DNA of 64,000 nucleotides from Candidatus Saccharimonadales bacterium (lineage in GTDB: Bacteria > Patescibacteriota > Saccharimonadia > Saccharimonadales > 2-12-FULL-41-12): contig JBFIJM010000001.1 of NCBI GenBank assembly GCA_041600715.1, positions 64,387 to 128,386 on the forward strand, in the 5' to 3' direction. Below, piece by piece: positions 1-9,774 of this stretch (position 1 is its first letter; every line of letters begins with the position of its first letter). Below the pieces are notes generated by a model. That model was not told the DNA's origin. It searched no databases and was given only the letters and a program-made list of their open reading frames with translations. The translations under genes were made by a program, and so were the position numbers.

Positions 1-357
1 GATATAACTGATCTAAATCCCCCTGGTGGCTGGCATGATATGTATCGTCGTCAGATGGAAGTGTATCAGTGGTTACTTCGTCAGAATGGCTTTAAGGTAA
101 GCGACACCGGTTATTTTGTGTATGCCAATGGTGATGCCAGTAAGCAAGGCTTTAATAATGTCGTAGAGTTCAGAACTCATGTATTTACGCATCACGGCGA
201 TACAGATTGGGTTGAGCCTACACTAATCAAGATGAAAGAATGTCTAGAAGGCGACATCCCAGAGGTTGGCCAGTCGGCCATGGGCGGACCATGCGAGTAT
301 TGTGCCTACGCTCGTTCACGTACAGAATTAACACTCAAGCATATTAACTCGAAATAG
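1..357 (+). CDS. PD-(D/E)XK nuclease, Cas4/RecB-like, C-terminal fragment (5' end outside window)
   Basis: Frame 1 is open from nt 1. QMEVYQWLL (QxxxY-like) and terminal Cys cluster GGPCEYCAY resemble Cas4/AddB-type nuclease domains. Confidence 0.5.
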   Translation, partial: DITDLNPPGGWHDMYRRQMEVYQWLLRQNGFKVSDTGYFVYANGDASKQGFNNVVEFRTHVFTHHGDTDWVEPTLIKMKECLEGDIPEVGQSAMGGPCEYCAYARSRTELTLKHINSK

Positions 358-370
358 GTATAATAAAAAC

Positions 371-1666
371 ATGATAGATATACAGCTTGTTCGTGATAAT
401 CCAGAATTTGTAAAAGAAAAAGCCACCCAAAAAGGCTATGAGGTGGATATTGATCGACTTTTACAGCTTGATAATGACCGCAAGGAGTTATTGCAAACCG
501 TCGAGTCTTTAAGAGCCCGCCGTAATGAAATTTCTGAGAGCATGAAAGGTGGGAAACCGGCAGACGAGTTAATAGAAGAAGGGCGTCTTCTTAAGGTTGA
601 GTTATCAGAGCGAGAAGGTTATCTTGAAGCAACAGAGTCTGAGTGGCTGGAATTACTAAAATCTGTGCCGAATATGCCACTAGATGTTGTGCCTGTAGGG
701 TCTACTGAGGACGAGAATGTCGTAGTTAAGACATGGGGCGATAAGCCACAGTTTAACTTTGAGATTAAGAATCATGCCGAAATTGCCGAAGCTAAAGGGT
801 GGCTAGACAAAGACCGTGGTGCAAAAATCGCAGGATCACGCTTCGTGTATTTAAAGGGTGATTTAGTTCGCCTTGAGATGGCTCTGTGGCAGTTCGGAGT
901 AGATGTTGCAGGGAGTGAATCCACTTTACAACGCTTAATAGCAGAGAACAATCTAAACCTTTCTAGCAAGCCATTTATGCCTGTTTTACCTCCTGCTGTA
1001 GCAAAGAAGGAAATATTTGAAGCAACCGGTAGGCTTAATAAAGAAGAACAGACCTACAAAATAGAAGATGAAGATTTATGGCTCAATGCTAGCGCAGAGC
1101 ATACAATTGCGCCAATGTACTACAAAGAAATTTTAGATGAGGCAGAATTACCACTCCGTTACATTGGTTATACAACAGCTTTTCGTCGAGAGGCCGGAAC
1201 GTACGGCAAAGATACAGAGGGATTCTTACGTCTTCATCAGTTTAACAAACTAGAGATGGAGAGTTTTACTGACGCGCAGACATCACTGGATGAACACTTA
1301 TTGATGGTAGCGATTCAGGAGCATTTAATGCAACAACTTGGTTTACCGTATCAGGTACTAGAAAAGTGTACAGCTGATATAGGTAGGCCCAACGCTAAAG
1401 GTGTAGATATTGAGGTCTGGCTCCCTGGCCAAGATCGGTACCGCGAAACACATACCGCCGATTACATATCTGATTTTCAGACCAGAAGCATGCAAACCAA
1501 AGTTCGCAAAAATGACGGGACGCTTGAACTAGCGCATACCAATGATGCTACCGCATTTTCTCAACGACCACTTATTGGTATTATTGAGAATTTTCAGACA
1601 GCAGAGGGTGATGTGATCATTCCTGACGTATTACGGCCATATATGGGTGGTCGAGAAAAGATCTAG
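371..1666 (+). CDS. serS: seryl-tRNA synthetase
   Basis: 431 aa with N-terminal coiled-coil arm and class II core motifs (FRREAGTYGKDTEGFLRLHQF, TAFSQRPLIGIIEN). TATAAT 359-364 ends 6 nt before the ATG. Confidence 0.95.
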   Translation: MIDIQLVRDNPEFVKEKATQKGYEVDIDRLLQLDNDRKELLQTVESLRARRNEISESMKGGKPADELIEEGRLLKVELSEREGYLEATESEWLELLKSVPNMPLDVVPVGSTEDENVVVKTWGDKPQFNFEIKNHAEIAEAKGWLDKDRGAKIAGSRFVYLKGDLVRLEMALWQFGVDVAGSESTLQRLIAENNLNLSSKPFMPVLPPAVAKKEIFEATGRLNKEEQTYKIEDEDLWLNASAEHTIAPMYYKEILDEAELPLRYIGYTTAFRREAGTYGKDTEGFLRLHQFNKLEMESFTDAQTSLDEHLLMVAIQEHLMQQLGLPYQVLEKCTADIGRPNAKGVDIEVWLPGQDRYRETHTADYISDFQTRSMQTKVRKNDGTLELAHTNDATAFSQRPLIGIIENFQTAEGDVIIPDVLRPYMGGREKI

Positions 1667-1741
1667 GATGTATATCACACTGTCTAATTTATAAGAGAGT
1701 ATAATTAGAGGTAGAACATAACCGAAAAAAGGAGTTCTACA

Positions 1742-2116
1742 ATGATTAAAAACTTACAAATCAGTGGCGTTCATAGTCAGCTTACCCAGAAAATGCACGC
1801 ATATGTGCTAAAGAAAATCGGGGGCTTGGACAGATACATTCCTAAGTCAGCTCGCGAAAGTGTTCATACCGAGGTAAAACTCAAAGAAACCTCAGTTAAA
1901 GACAAGAGATCACACGAATGTGAAGTAATCATGAAGCTCCCAAAAGGTACCATTACTGTTCATAAGAAAGGCGAGAGTATTCTCGCAGCGATTGATGAAG
2001 TAGAGAACAATCTTAAAATCCAGATAAAAAAGTATAAAGACACCCACGCTGGACCACGCAGTAATAGACGACTTATTAGTAGGTTTAAGCGCACAGAAAT
2101 CCCCGAAGCAATTTAG
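1742..2116 (+). CDS. hpf: ribosome hibernation promoting factor / RaiA family
   Basis: 124 aa S30EA-like protein; AAGGAG SD 8 nt upstream; sits directly upstream of secA as in Firmicutes. Confidence 0.75.
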   Translation: MIKNLQISGVHSQLTQKMHAYVLKKIGGLDRYIPKSARESVHTEVKLKETSVKDKRSHECEVIMKLPKGTITVHKKGESILAAIDEVENNLKIQIKKYKDTHAGPRSNRRLISRFKRTEIPEAI

Positions 2117-2226
2117 TAGTTAGTTTTGTAAAATCACAACATGAGCTGACTACCCTTATAGACAAGGGTGGGGTACAATATAATCTGAAATCCAACTATC
2201 TAACTATTTAAGGGAATTCTGATTAT

Positions 2227-4836
2227 ATGGTGAAGGTGAAAAATAAGGTACTACGTCGCGCTCTCGGCGATCCTCAAATCCGGACATTAAAACGACTCAC
2301 TAAACGCGTCGCTAGTATTAACGAGCTTGAACCTAAGTACAAGAAGCTAACCGACAAGCAACTTGCTGACCAAACAGATAAGCTCAAGAAGCGTATCGAA
2401 AAAGAGTCTCTAGATAAAGTTCTGCCAGATGCCTTTGCGATTGTTCGAGAGGCCGCTAGAAGAATCTTAGGACAGCGTCATTTTGATGTTCAGTTAATTG
2501 GTGGAATGGCGCTTCACGAAGGTAGTATCGCAGAGATGAAAACAGGTGAGGGTAAAACTCTTACTTCTACTGCGCCGGTATACCTCAATGCCCTTAAGGG
2601 TGAAGGTGTTCATGTGGTTACTGTAAATGATTATCTAGCCCAGCGAGACGCCGCCTGGATGGGGCAAATATTTGGATTTCTGGGACTTACAACGGGTGTA
2701 ATAATTGCTGAGTCTTCTTTTATTTTTGATAAGGACTATGATAATGGCGAACATGATGATCCAAATATGCGCAAGCTCAAGCCATGTAGCCGACAGGAAG
2801 CCTACTTAGCTGACATTACTTACGGAACAAACAATGAGTTTGGGTTTGATTACCTTAGAGATAACATGGTTCGCGAGACAGAACAGTTACGACAACGTAA
2901 ATTAAATTTTGCTATTGTTGACGAAGTTGACTCAATTTTGATAGACGAAGCACGTACACCTTTAATTATCTCTGCACCTTCTACTGCCAGCGGTACTGCA
3001 TACCAGCAATTTGCAAAAGTTGTTCGTGGCCTAAAGGAAGTGGATCATTACACAGTTGATGAAAAACGAAAAGCTGTTACATTAACCGATGAGGGCATAG
3101 ATCAAGTCGAAAAAGTTCTTGGGATATCTAATCTGTACGCCTCAACTAATATTCGTACTCTCTACCATCTCGAGCAGGCTCTAAAGGCTCAGGGTATGTT
3201 TAAGAGAGATAAAGACTATGTGGTGACTACAGATGGCGAAGTAGTAATAGTTGACGAACACACCGGTCGCCTATTAAAAGGCCGTCGTTATAATGAGGGG
3301 CTTCATCAAGCTATCGAAGCCAAAGAAAACGTTGAGATTCAGGAAGAGTCAATGACGCTTGCAACGATCAGTTTCCAGAATTACTTCCGTTTATACGAGA
3401 AATTATCCGGTATGACAGGTACAGCTTCAACCGAAGCTGAAGAATTCCATCAGGTTTATAAATTAAGTGTTGTAGAAATCCCTCCGAACAAAAAATTAGC
3501 TCGTATTGATCAACCGGATCAGATATATAAAACAGAGGCCGGCAAGTTTAAGGCAATCATAAAAGAGGTGAAACGGCTCAATAAAAAAGGTCAACCAGTA
3601 TTAATTGGCTCTGCTTCGATTGCAAAGAACGAACTGCTAAGTTCACTTTTGACTAAGGCAGGCGTAAAGCACCAGATGCTTAACGCAAAAAACAACGAGC
3701 GTGAAGCTTCGATAATTGCCAAAGCTGGTCAAAAGGGAGCAGTTACACTGGCTACAAATATTGCTGGCCGTGGCACAGACATAGTATTGGATGCTGGAGC
3801 CAAAAAGGCCGGGGGATTGTTTGTTCTTGGGTCAGAGCGTCACGAGTCGCGTCGTATAGATAACCAGTTACGTGGGCGTGCTGGTCGTCAGGGTGACCCT
3901 GGTGAGAGTAGGTTCTACGTTAGTTGCCAGGACGACTTAATGAGAATCTTTGGCGGTGACAGAATCGCAAAAATGATGGATCGGCTTAAAGTAGACGACG
4001 AAACACCAATAGAAAACCGTGTGATTAGTAAAAGTCTTGAAGGATCTCAGAAAAAAGTAGAAGGCTTTAACTACGATGCCCGCAAAGATGTGGTGAAATA
4101 TGATGACGTCATGAATCGTCACCGTAAGGCTACTTACAGCATGCGTAGCGAGATATTGAAGCAAGCGGATATAAGCAAGCGTGTGTGGGAATTTATTAAT
4201 TCCGAAGCTGAGGCGCTTGCAAACTCACCACATGCTACAACCGACAAGTACGAAGAGATGATTAAGCATGTTTTTCCGTTCGACGAATCCACACTTGATA
4301 AATTATTTGATTCACCAGCCCACAGCTTCGAAAAAGAGCTGAAAAACGATGCAAAAAAACTCTATCAAGAACAAGAAGAACGCTTTGGCGAGGAGATACT
4401 GCGCAAGATCGAGCGTGACGTGTATTTACAAACGTTGGACAACTATTGGATGCAACATTTAGAGAACATGGAGCACCTACGTGAAGGCATTCGCTGGATG
4501 GCTGTTGGCCAGAGGGATCCCTTAGTCGAGTATCGTCGTCAGGCACAGCGTCTTTTCGAAGAGTTGCAGAGAACCCTCCGTCACGATGTTGTCAGGTCGC
4601 TCTTCCACGCCCGACCTATTAATGAGGCCGATCTTGATCGTTCTGTAGAAACAGAACTGACCAAAGCAGCACGACGGTCCGTAGATAATGCTGATAAAAT
4701 AATTGAAGCAGAAGAATTTAGTGAAATTAACTTTAACTCAGAAGTAAAAGAAACTGCCGAAAAGAAGAAAGTAGCTAATAAGCGAAAAAAGTCACGAAAA
4801 GCCGAGCGCCAAAGACGTAAAAAAGGCCGTAAGTAA
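2227..4836 (+). CDS. secA: preprotein translocase ATPase SecA
   Basis: 869 aa; MKTGEGKTL Walker A, DEVDSILIDEARTPLIIS, GRGTDI. Basic C-terminal tail without the usual Cys/His zinc motif. Confidence 0.97.
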   Translation: MVKVKNKVLRRALGDPQIRTLKRLTKRVASINELEPKYKKLTDKQLADQTDKLKKRIEKESLDKVLPDAFAIVREAARRILGQRHFDVQLIGGMALHEGSIAEMKTGEGKTLTSTAPVYLNALKGEGVHVVTVNDYLAQRDAAWMGQIFGFLGLTTGVIIAESSFIFDKDYDNGEHDDPNMRKLKPCSRQEAYLADITYGTNNEFGFDYLRDNMVRETEQLRQRKLNFAIVDEVDSILIDEARTPLIISAPSTASGTAYQQFAKVVRGLKEVDHYTVDEKRKAVTLTDEGIDQVEKVLGISNLYASTNIRTLYHLEQALKAQGMFKRDKDYVVTTDGEVVIVDEHTGRLLKGRRYNEGLHQAIEAKENVEIQEESMTLATISFQNYFRLYEKLSGMTGTASTEAEEFHQVYKLSVVEIPPNKKLARIDQPDQIYKTEAGKFKAIIKEVKRLNKKGQPVLIGSASIAKNELLSSLLTKAGVKHQMLNAKNNEREASIIAKAGQKGAVTLATNIAGRGTDIVLDAGAKKAGGLFVLGSERHESRRIDNQLRGRAGRQGDPGESRFYVSCQDDLMRIFGGDRIAKMMDRLKVDDETPIENRVISKSLEGSQKKVEGFNYDARKDVVKYDDVMNRHRKATYSMRSEILKQADISKRVWEFINSEAEALANSPHATTDKYEEMIKHVFPFDESTLDKLFDSPAHSFEKELKNDAKKLYQEQEERFGEEILRKIERDVYLQTLDNYWMQHLENMEHLREGIRWMAVGQRDPLVEYRRQAQRLFEELQRTLRHDVVRSLFHARPINEADLDRSVETELTKAARRSVDNADKIIEAEEFSEINFNSEVKETAEKKKVANKRKKSRKAERQRRKKGRK

Positions 4837-4925
4837 CAATTAATGATAGTCGATTTACGAACAACAATAAATTTCCATTTAACATTGAGCAATAAAAGAG
4901 CCAATTGTAAACAGAGAACAGCCTG

Positions 4926-6221
4926 ATGAAGCATAGTGTACACGAATTAACTCTGCCTAACGGAGCCAAAGGTCTTTTGATAAATATACCAGAGGCTACG
5001 GTAATGTCATTTGAGTTTAATTTTAGGGCCGGTGAGTACCTAGTAGATCGTAATATTTGGGAAGCTCCACATATTATGGAGCACTTATTATTGGGCGCTA
5101 ATAAACACATCCAAAAAGCCCGCGAATTCCAGTCTGAGTTCGAAAAAAATGGCGCATATTGCAATGCAAGCACAGGCACCCACGATATAATTTATGAAGC
5201 CGAATGCGCGGATTTTGAATGGCAAAGAATCATGGACTGGCTACTAATAGCAATTACGGAACCACTGTTTCTTGAGGAAGAGTTTAAAGCCGAAGTCGGT
5301 AACGTTCGCGAGGAACTCACAGCTCGTTCTAACAACCACTTCAGACATCTTAGCATTGCACTCAGAGAACAATACGGATTTTACAGCGTTACAGACAAGG
5401 AACGTCTTGAACTTATGAGTAACGTGACTTTGGATGATATTAAGGAGCATTATAAGAGTACTCACACCACAAGTAATTTGCGATTTGTTATAGCAGGGAA
5501 GATAACTCAAACTAGACGTAAGCAAATAAGAGAAAGCCTCGGTACAATGGGGTTGCCAAAGGGTCGTGGACGTAAAGATCTTCCAGATGAAACTCCTCGG
5601 TCTTTATTGGAACCACTGACTATTCGTAATAAAACAGTAGATAATTATTACTTTTACTTTGATACATTCGTAAAACGGAGAATGAACGACGACGAACTAG
5701 CTGCAATGAGTTTACTCAATAGCATGCTCACTGAAACCTTATATTCTAGAATACTCGGCACAGCTCGAGAACGGGGTCTTGTGTATAGTATGAGTTCAGG
5801 TGTGGGCTATGACCGGACTAGTACTAACTGGTGGTTTGGAGCCCAGGTACGACCAGATAATGCACACGCACTTTTTGATATTATGACCAACGAACTTACT
5901 GAAGTGTTTAATGGTAATCTGACCAAAGAAGAAATCGATATGGCGAAACAGCGTCGACTTGGTGGGTATCAGAGAAGTTACCAGACTGTGGCGGGACTTG
6001 CAGGGTATTATTCGGCACCTTATTTCTTCGATGATCATTATATTGACTATAATACACTGCCAGATCGCATAAAAACTGTTACTAAGACCCAAATTGTTCA
6101 TGCTGCGAAGGATTTATTTAGCGAAAAAGTTTGGGGTCTTGGCATACTCGGCAACCCTGATAATGGTGAAGTAGAGGCATTAACTTCTCAGCTCAATAAT
6201 ATTTGGAGCAAGTTCGACTGA
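4926..6221 (+). CDS. M16 (insulinase/pitrilysin) family zinc peptidase
   Basis: 431 aa with inverted zinc motif HIMEH (HxxEH) near the N-terminus. Confidence 0.8.
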   Translation: MKHSVHELTLPNGAKGLLINIPEATVMSFEFNFRAGEYLVDRNIWEAPHIMEHLLLGANKHIQKAREFQSEFEKNGAYCNASTGTHDIIYEAECADFEWQRIMDWLLIAITEPLFLEEEFKAEVGNVREELTARSNNHFRHLSIALREQYGFYSVTDKERLELMSNVTLDDIKEHYKSTHTTSNLRFVIAGKITQTRRKQIRESLGTMGLPKGRGRKDLPDETPRSLLEPLTIRNKTVDNYYFYFDTFVKRRMNDDELAAMSLLNSMLTETLYSRILGTARERGLVYSMSSGVGYDRTSTNWWFGAQVRPDNAHALFDIMTNELTEVFNGNLTKEEIDMAKQRRLGGYQRSYQTVAGLAGYYSAPYFFDDHYIDYNTLPDRIKTVTKTQIVHAAKDLFSEKVWGLGILGNPDNGEVEALTSQLNNIWSKFD

Positions 6222-6234
6222 TATACTGTATTCT

Positions 6235-7326
6235 ATGCATGAGTTGAAAATCCAGGCGCAGAAGTTGGTCGATGAAATTAGATCGGCCACTACAACTATT
6301 AAACTTGAACATAAGACAGCAAAGTTAGAAGAATTATTACAAGTCTCTGGCGATGCGAGTTTTTGGGAAGACTCTGAAAGAGCGCAACTACACATGCAGG
6401 CCCAGGCAAAACTTCAATCCGAGATTGAGCCCTGGAAGTCTTTGTTAGAACAAGCTCAGGATACGCTAGAATTAGCAAACCTTGAGGATGAAACCTTGGA
6501 GTCAGATCTAACTAAGCAACTATACATACTTCAGAAAACGTTCGAATCATTAAAAAAAGATCTAACATTTAACGGGCCATATGATGACCATGCGGTTATC
6601 TTAGCTATTCATGCCGGAGCTGGGGGAACGGATGCTCAAGATTGGGCTCAGATGCTTCTTAGGATGTATGTACGTTGGGCAGAACAGAATAACTTCAAGG
6701 TACATATTATGAGTGAATCACCCGGGGAAGAAGCAGGCATAAAAAGCGTTGAGCTTGAAATGAGCGGAAAGTTCGCTTACGGAAAGTTAGCTACCGAACA
6801 CGGAGTTCACAGACTAGTGCGCCAAAGTCCGTTTAACGCTGATGCAAAGAGACAAACCAGCTTTGCCAAAGTGGAAGTTATGCCTAGAATTGATCGTCCT
6901 GAGGAGGTGCCTCTGGATGACGCCGACTTAAAGATTGATGTTTACCGAGCAGGTGGCCATGGTGGGCAAAGTGTTAACACAACAGACTCTGCAGTCCGTG
7001 TCACGCACATCCCTACAGGTGTGGTAGTTGCAATTCAAAACGAACGAAGTCAGCTACAGAACAAGGAAACAGCATTAACGATTCTGCGTTCCAAACTAGC
7101 CCAACTACAAATCGAGCAACATTCCGAGAAATTATCCGAGATCAAAGGTCCAAACGAACAAGCTGCGTGGGGTAATCAGATCAGAAGCTACGTGCTTCAT
7201 CCATATAAAATGGTCAAAGATCTGAGAACCCGACACGAAACCACAGATGTCGATGGTGTGTTGGACGGCGATCTAGATCCTTTTATAGATGCGTATCTTG
7301 AAACAAATCTAAAAAACAAAACATAA
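6235..7326 (+). CDS. prfB: peptide chain release factor 2 (single uninterrupted ORF)
   Basis: SPF tripeptide (VRQSPFNA) and GGQ (GGHGGQSVN); no in-frame TGA frameshift site; TATACT 6222-6227 lies 7 nt before the ATG. Confidence 0.95.
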   Translation: MHELKIQAQKLVDEIRSATTTIKLEHKTAKLEELLQVSGDASFWEDSERAQLHMQAQAKLQSEIEPWKSLLEQAQDTLELANLEDETLESDLTKQLYILQKTFESLKKDLTFNGPYDDHAVILAIHAGAGGTDAQDWAQMLLRMYVRWAEQNNFKVHIMSESPGEEAGIKSVELEMSGKFAYGKLATEHGVHRLVRQSPFNADAKRQTSFAKVEVMPRIDRPEEVPLDDADLKIDVYRAGGHGGQSVNTTDSAVRVTHIPTGVVVAIQNERSQLQNKETALTILRSKLAQLQIEQHSEKLSEIKGPNEQAAWGNQIRSYVLHPYKMVKDLRTRHETTDVDGVLDGDLDPFIDAYLETNLKNKT

Positions 7327-7330
7327 GCTT

Positions 7331-7359
7331 TTGACACAAGAGGGCTAGAGGAGTATATT
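7331..7359 (+). promoter_or_regulatory. sigma70-type promoter TTGACA-17-TATATT
   Basis: TTGACA 7331-7336, 17-nt spacer, TATATT 7354-7359, 24 nt upstream of ATG 7384. Confidence 0.6.
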
Positions 7360-7383
7360 CCAGTTCAATACAAGGTATTTGTA

Positions 7384-7839
7384 ATGAGCGTACAATATAT
7401 AGAAACAGATCCAGTAAGGCTAGCTCGCTACGATGCTCTAGAGGAGTTGGAGTTTATCAGAAATGAGCGACTCTCACCTATAAATAATTGCACACTTAAG
7501 CGTTTGCATACTACAGCTAAGCTCACAGGTTTACTGATGAGAGATTTCCGTATAGTTGTTCGTGACGCAGTATATTCTGAGCCAATTGTAGACGGTGCCG
7601 AAAGCGCTATGGAGCTTGGGCGGAGGAATTTACATGTACCTGAAAGCATCAGTATTATTGGAAAGTTTGTAGGCTATGCCCAGCTCAACACTGCAGTTTT
7701 CGACAAAGCATACCAGCTTGGTCTTACATTCATCAAACTAGAGAATATTGAGCTTACTGAGGATAGGATACATTTAGATGATAGCGCCAGGATATATTCA
7801 CCTATTTTAGGCGTCCAATACATCGAACAACTTAACTAA
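7384..7839 (+). CDS. hypothetical protein (151 aa)
   Basis: Long ORF with its own consensus-like promoter; no motif recognised. Confidence 0.55.
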   Translation: MSVQYIETDPVRLARYDALEELEFIRNERLSPINNCTLKRLHTTAKLTGLLMRDFRIVVRDAVYSEPIVDGAESAMELGRRNLHVPESISIIGKFVGYAQLNTAVFDKAYQLGLTFIKLENIELTEDRIHLDDSARIYSPILGVQYIEQLN

Positions 7840-7878
7840 TCCACTAAGATACGAACTTCTTTGTTATAATGCTTATAT

Positions 7879-8562
7879 ATGATCTTATTGGATAGGGTAT
7901 CGAAGTCGTACAACAAACGAAGTGGCACCGCTTTGGAACGTGTTAGTTTACATATAGAACCTAAAGAATTTGTGGTGATTATTGGGAGTTCTGGTGCTGG
8001 TAAATCAACTTTATTAAAGCTACTAACGCGAGAAGAAAGACCAACTTCAGGTAAAATCGTTGTTGGCGGGATAGATTATAGCAAGCTTAAGGACCGAGAT
8101 ATACCGTACCTGCGTCGTCGCATTGGGGTTGTTTTTCAGGATTTTAAGTTACTATCCAATAAAACTGTTTTCGAAAACGTGGCATTTGCCTTAGAAATTA
8201 TTGGTGTCAGCACCAAAGAGATAAAACACACCGTGCCTAAGGTGCTTAATATAGTTGGACTTAAAAATAAAGCCGACAACTATCCACCCGAACTTTCTGG
8301 TGGCGAGAGACAACGTGTTGCAATCGCAAGAGCGATTGTTAGACAACCAAAAATTCTTATTGCCGACGAGCCAACTGGCAACCTAGACCCTAAGCACGCT
8401 TGGGACGTTATTTCAGTTTTAGAGAAGATAAATCGATATGGCACCACTGTACTACTTACGACACATAACCAAGAGATTGTTAATAAGCTAAATAGGCGAG
8501 TTATCCAGATCGATCATGGAAAGGTTGTCAGTGACCGTGCAACCGGAGGCTATAAAGGGTGA
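7879..8562 (+). CDS. ftsE: cell-division ABC ATPase FtsE
   Basis: GSSGAGKST Walker A, LSGGERQR signature, ILIADEPTG Walker B. Extended -10 TGtTATAAT 7862-7870 ends 8 nt before the ATG. Confidence 0.95.
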   Translation: MILLDRVSKSYNKRSGTALERVSLHIEPKEFVVIIGSSGAGKSTLLKLLTREERPTSGKIVVGGIDYSKLKDRDIPYLRRRIGVVFQDFKLLSNKTVFENVAFALEIIGVSTKEIKHTVPKVLNIVGLKNKADNYPPELSGGERQRVAIARAIVRQPKILIADEPTGNLDPKHAWDVISVLEKINRYGTTVLLTTHNQEIVNKLNRRVIQIDHGKVVSDRATGGYKG

Positions 8563-9515
8563 GAAAAGACAAGAGCTTTAGTCGTGGTATCTATACTTTG
8601 GGTAGGGTTATCCAGTACGGTGTTAAAAATCTACTAAGAAATGCTTGGCTCAGTATCGCAGCTATTGCTGTTATGTTTGTAGCTTTGGTTATTATCTTGG
8701 CGACTGTAGTCTTAAATGTCACAGCCAATAATGCGATTGCCGAACTGTCTAAAAACTTAAAAGTATCAGTTTACCTAAAAGATGACGTTACAGACGAGCA
8801 AAGAAGCGATCTCGAATCTGAAATTAGTAACAACCAGTATGTAGAAGGTTTAGAATTTGTGTCAAAAGACGATGCTCAGAACCGATTCGTTAGTAGTTTC
8901 GGCAATGACCAAGAGCTACTCCAGGGTTTATCGCTTATTGGCGCTGACACTTTGCCCTCATCTTATGAAGTAAGCGTCAGTGACCTCTCGCGCTTGCCAG
9001 AGATAGAGACAATAGCCAATAAAGAACAGTACGCTGAAGTTGTAGATAGCGTAACTTTAGGTAGAACCGATGCAAGGCGTACAATCGATCGAGCAGCGTC
9101 AGCTCAGCAGTTTATAACCACAGCTAGTATTTTTGCTGCGGGAACTTTTACCGTAATCTCAGTTCTTATAATTTTTAACACCATTAGGATTGCCATATTC
9201 ACTCGTAGTGAAGAAATACGAAATATGAAACTTGTTGGGGCAACACCAAGTTTTATCCGTGGGCCATTCATCGTGGAGACCTCTATATATGGGGTTATAG
9301 CAGGCCTGTCGGCAGCGAGTGCTTCGTATTCTATTATTATTTCGCTTGGCTCCAAGATCGCTACTCAAGCAGAATTCGCGAAAACATATACTTTCTTTAC
9401 TGAACCAACAACAGTAGCTCTTGTCTATATAGGCAGTGTAACGGTCGGGATTGTAGTAGGTATTTTTTCAAGCATGCTTGCGATGCAAAAGTATTTAAAA
9501 CTTAAACACTGGTAA
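8559..9515 (+). CDS. ftsX: cell-division permease-like protein FtsX
   Basis: GTGA start/stop overlap with ftsE. N-terminal TM, large extracytoplasmic domain and three C-terminal TM segments. Confidence 0.9.
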   Translation: MRKDKSFSRGIYTLGRVIQYGVKNLLRNAWLSIAAIAVMFVALVIILATVVLNVTANNAIAELSKNLKVSVYLKDDVTDEQRSDLESEISNNQYVEGLEFVSKDDAQNRFVSSFGNDQELLQGLSLIGADTLPSSYEVSVSDLSRLPEIETIANKEQYAEVVDSVTLGRTDARRTIDRAASAQQFITTASIFAAGTFTVISVLIIFNTIRIAIFTRSEEIRNMKLVGATPSFIRGPFIVETSIYGVIAGLSAASASYSIIISLGSKIATQAEFAKTYTFFTEPTTVALVYIGSVTVGIVVGIFSSMLAMQKYLKLKHW

Positions 9516-9774
9516 GACTCTTGTTCTTTTAATAAAGAACCAACTTCTTCCATTTTTGTGTCGCCACAAACGGAAGCCAAAAAACGACAGCAGGTCAAAA
9601 ACACTATTGAAACAAACGCGAGTTTTTAAGAAGTTTCTGTGGAACTCGCCGTCCTAAAGCACGGCTCAAACAGTCCTCGAAACATTCATCAAAATTCACA
9701 CTTGTTTAATCGGTTTTCTCGCATGCTGGTTATAAGAAGCCCCGAGCAAGCTCGGACATTAATACTTAACTCTG
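9516..9774. repeat. ~260-bp intergenic repeat element, copy A (between convergent genes)
   Basis: Homologous to 15850-16111. Hairpin GTTCTTT-TAAT-AAAGAAC (9523-9540). Hairpin CTTCC/GGAAG (9547-9551 / 9572-9576) with a 20-nt conserved loop ATTTTTGTGTCGCCACAAAC. 3' CCGAGC..GCTCGG hairpin 9742-9755. Confidence 0.7.

Noticed and set aside
6235-7326. Looked for the programmed +1 frameshift (CTT TGA C) typical of prfB, and for signs of an alternative genetic code.
   Set aside because: prfB is a single uninterrupted ORF. RF2 is present and TGA terminates several well-supported genes (for example ftsE), so the standard code 11 applies.
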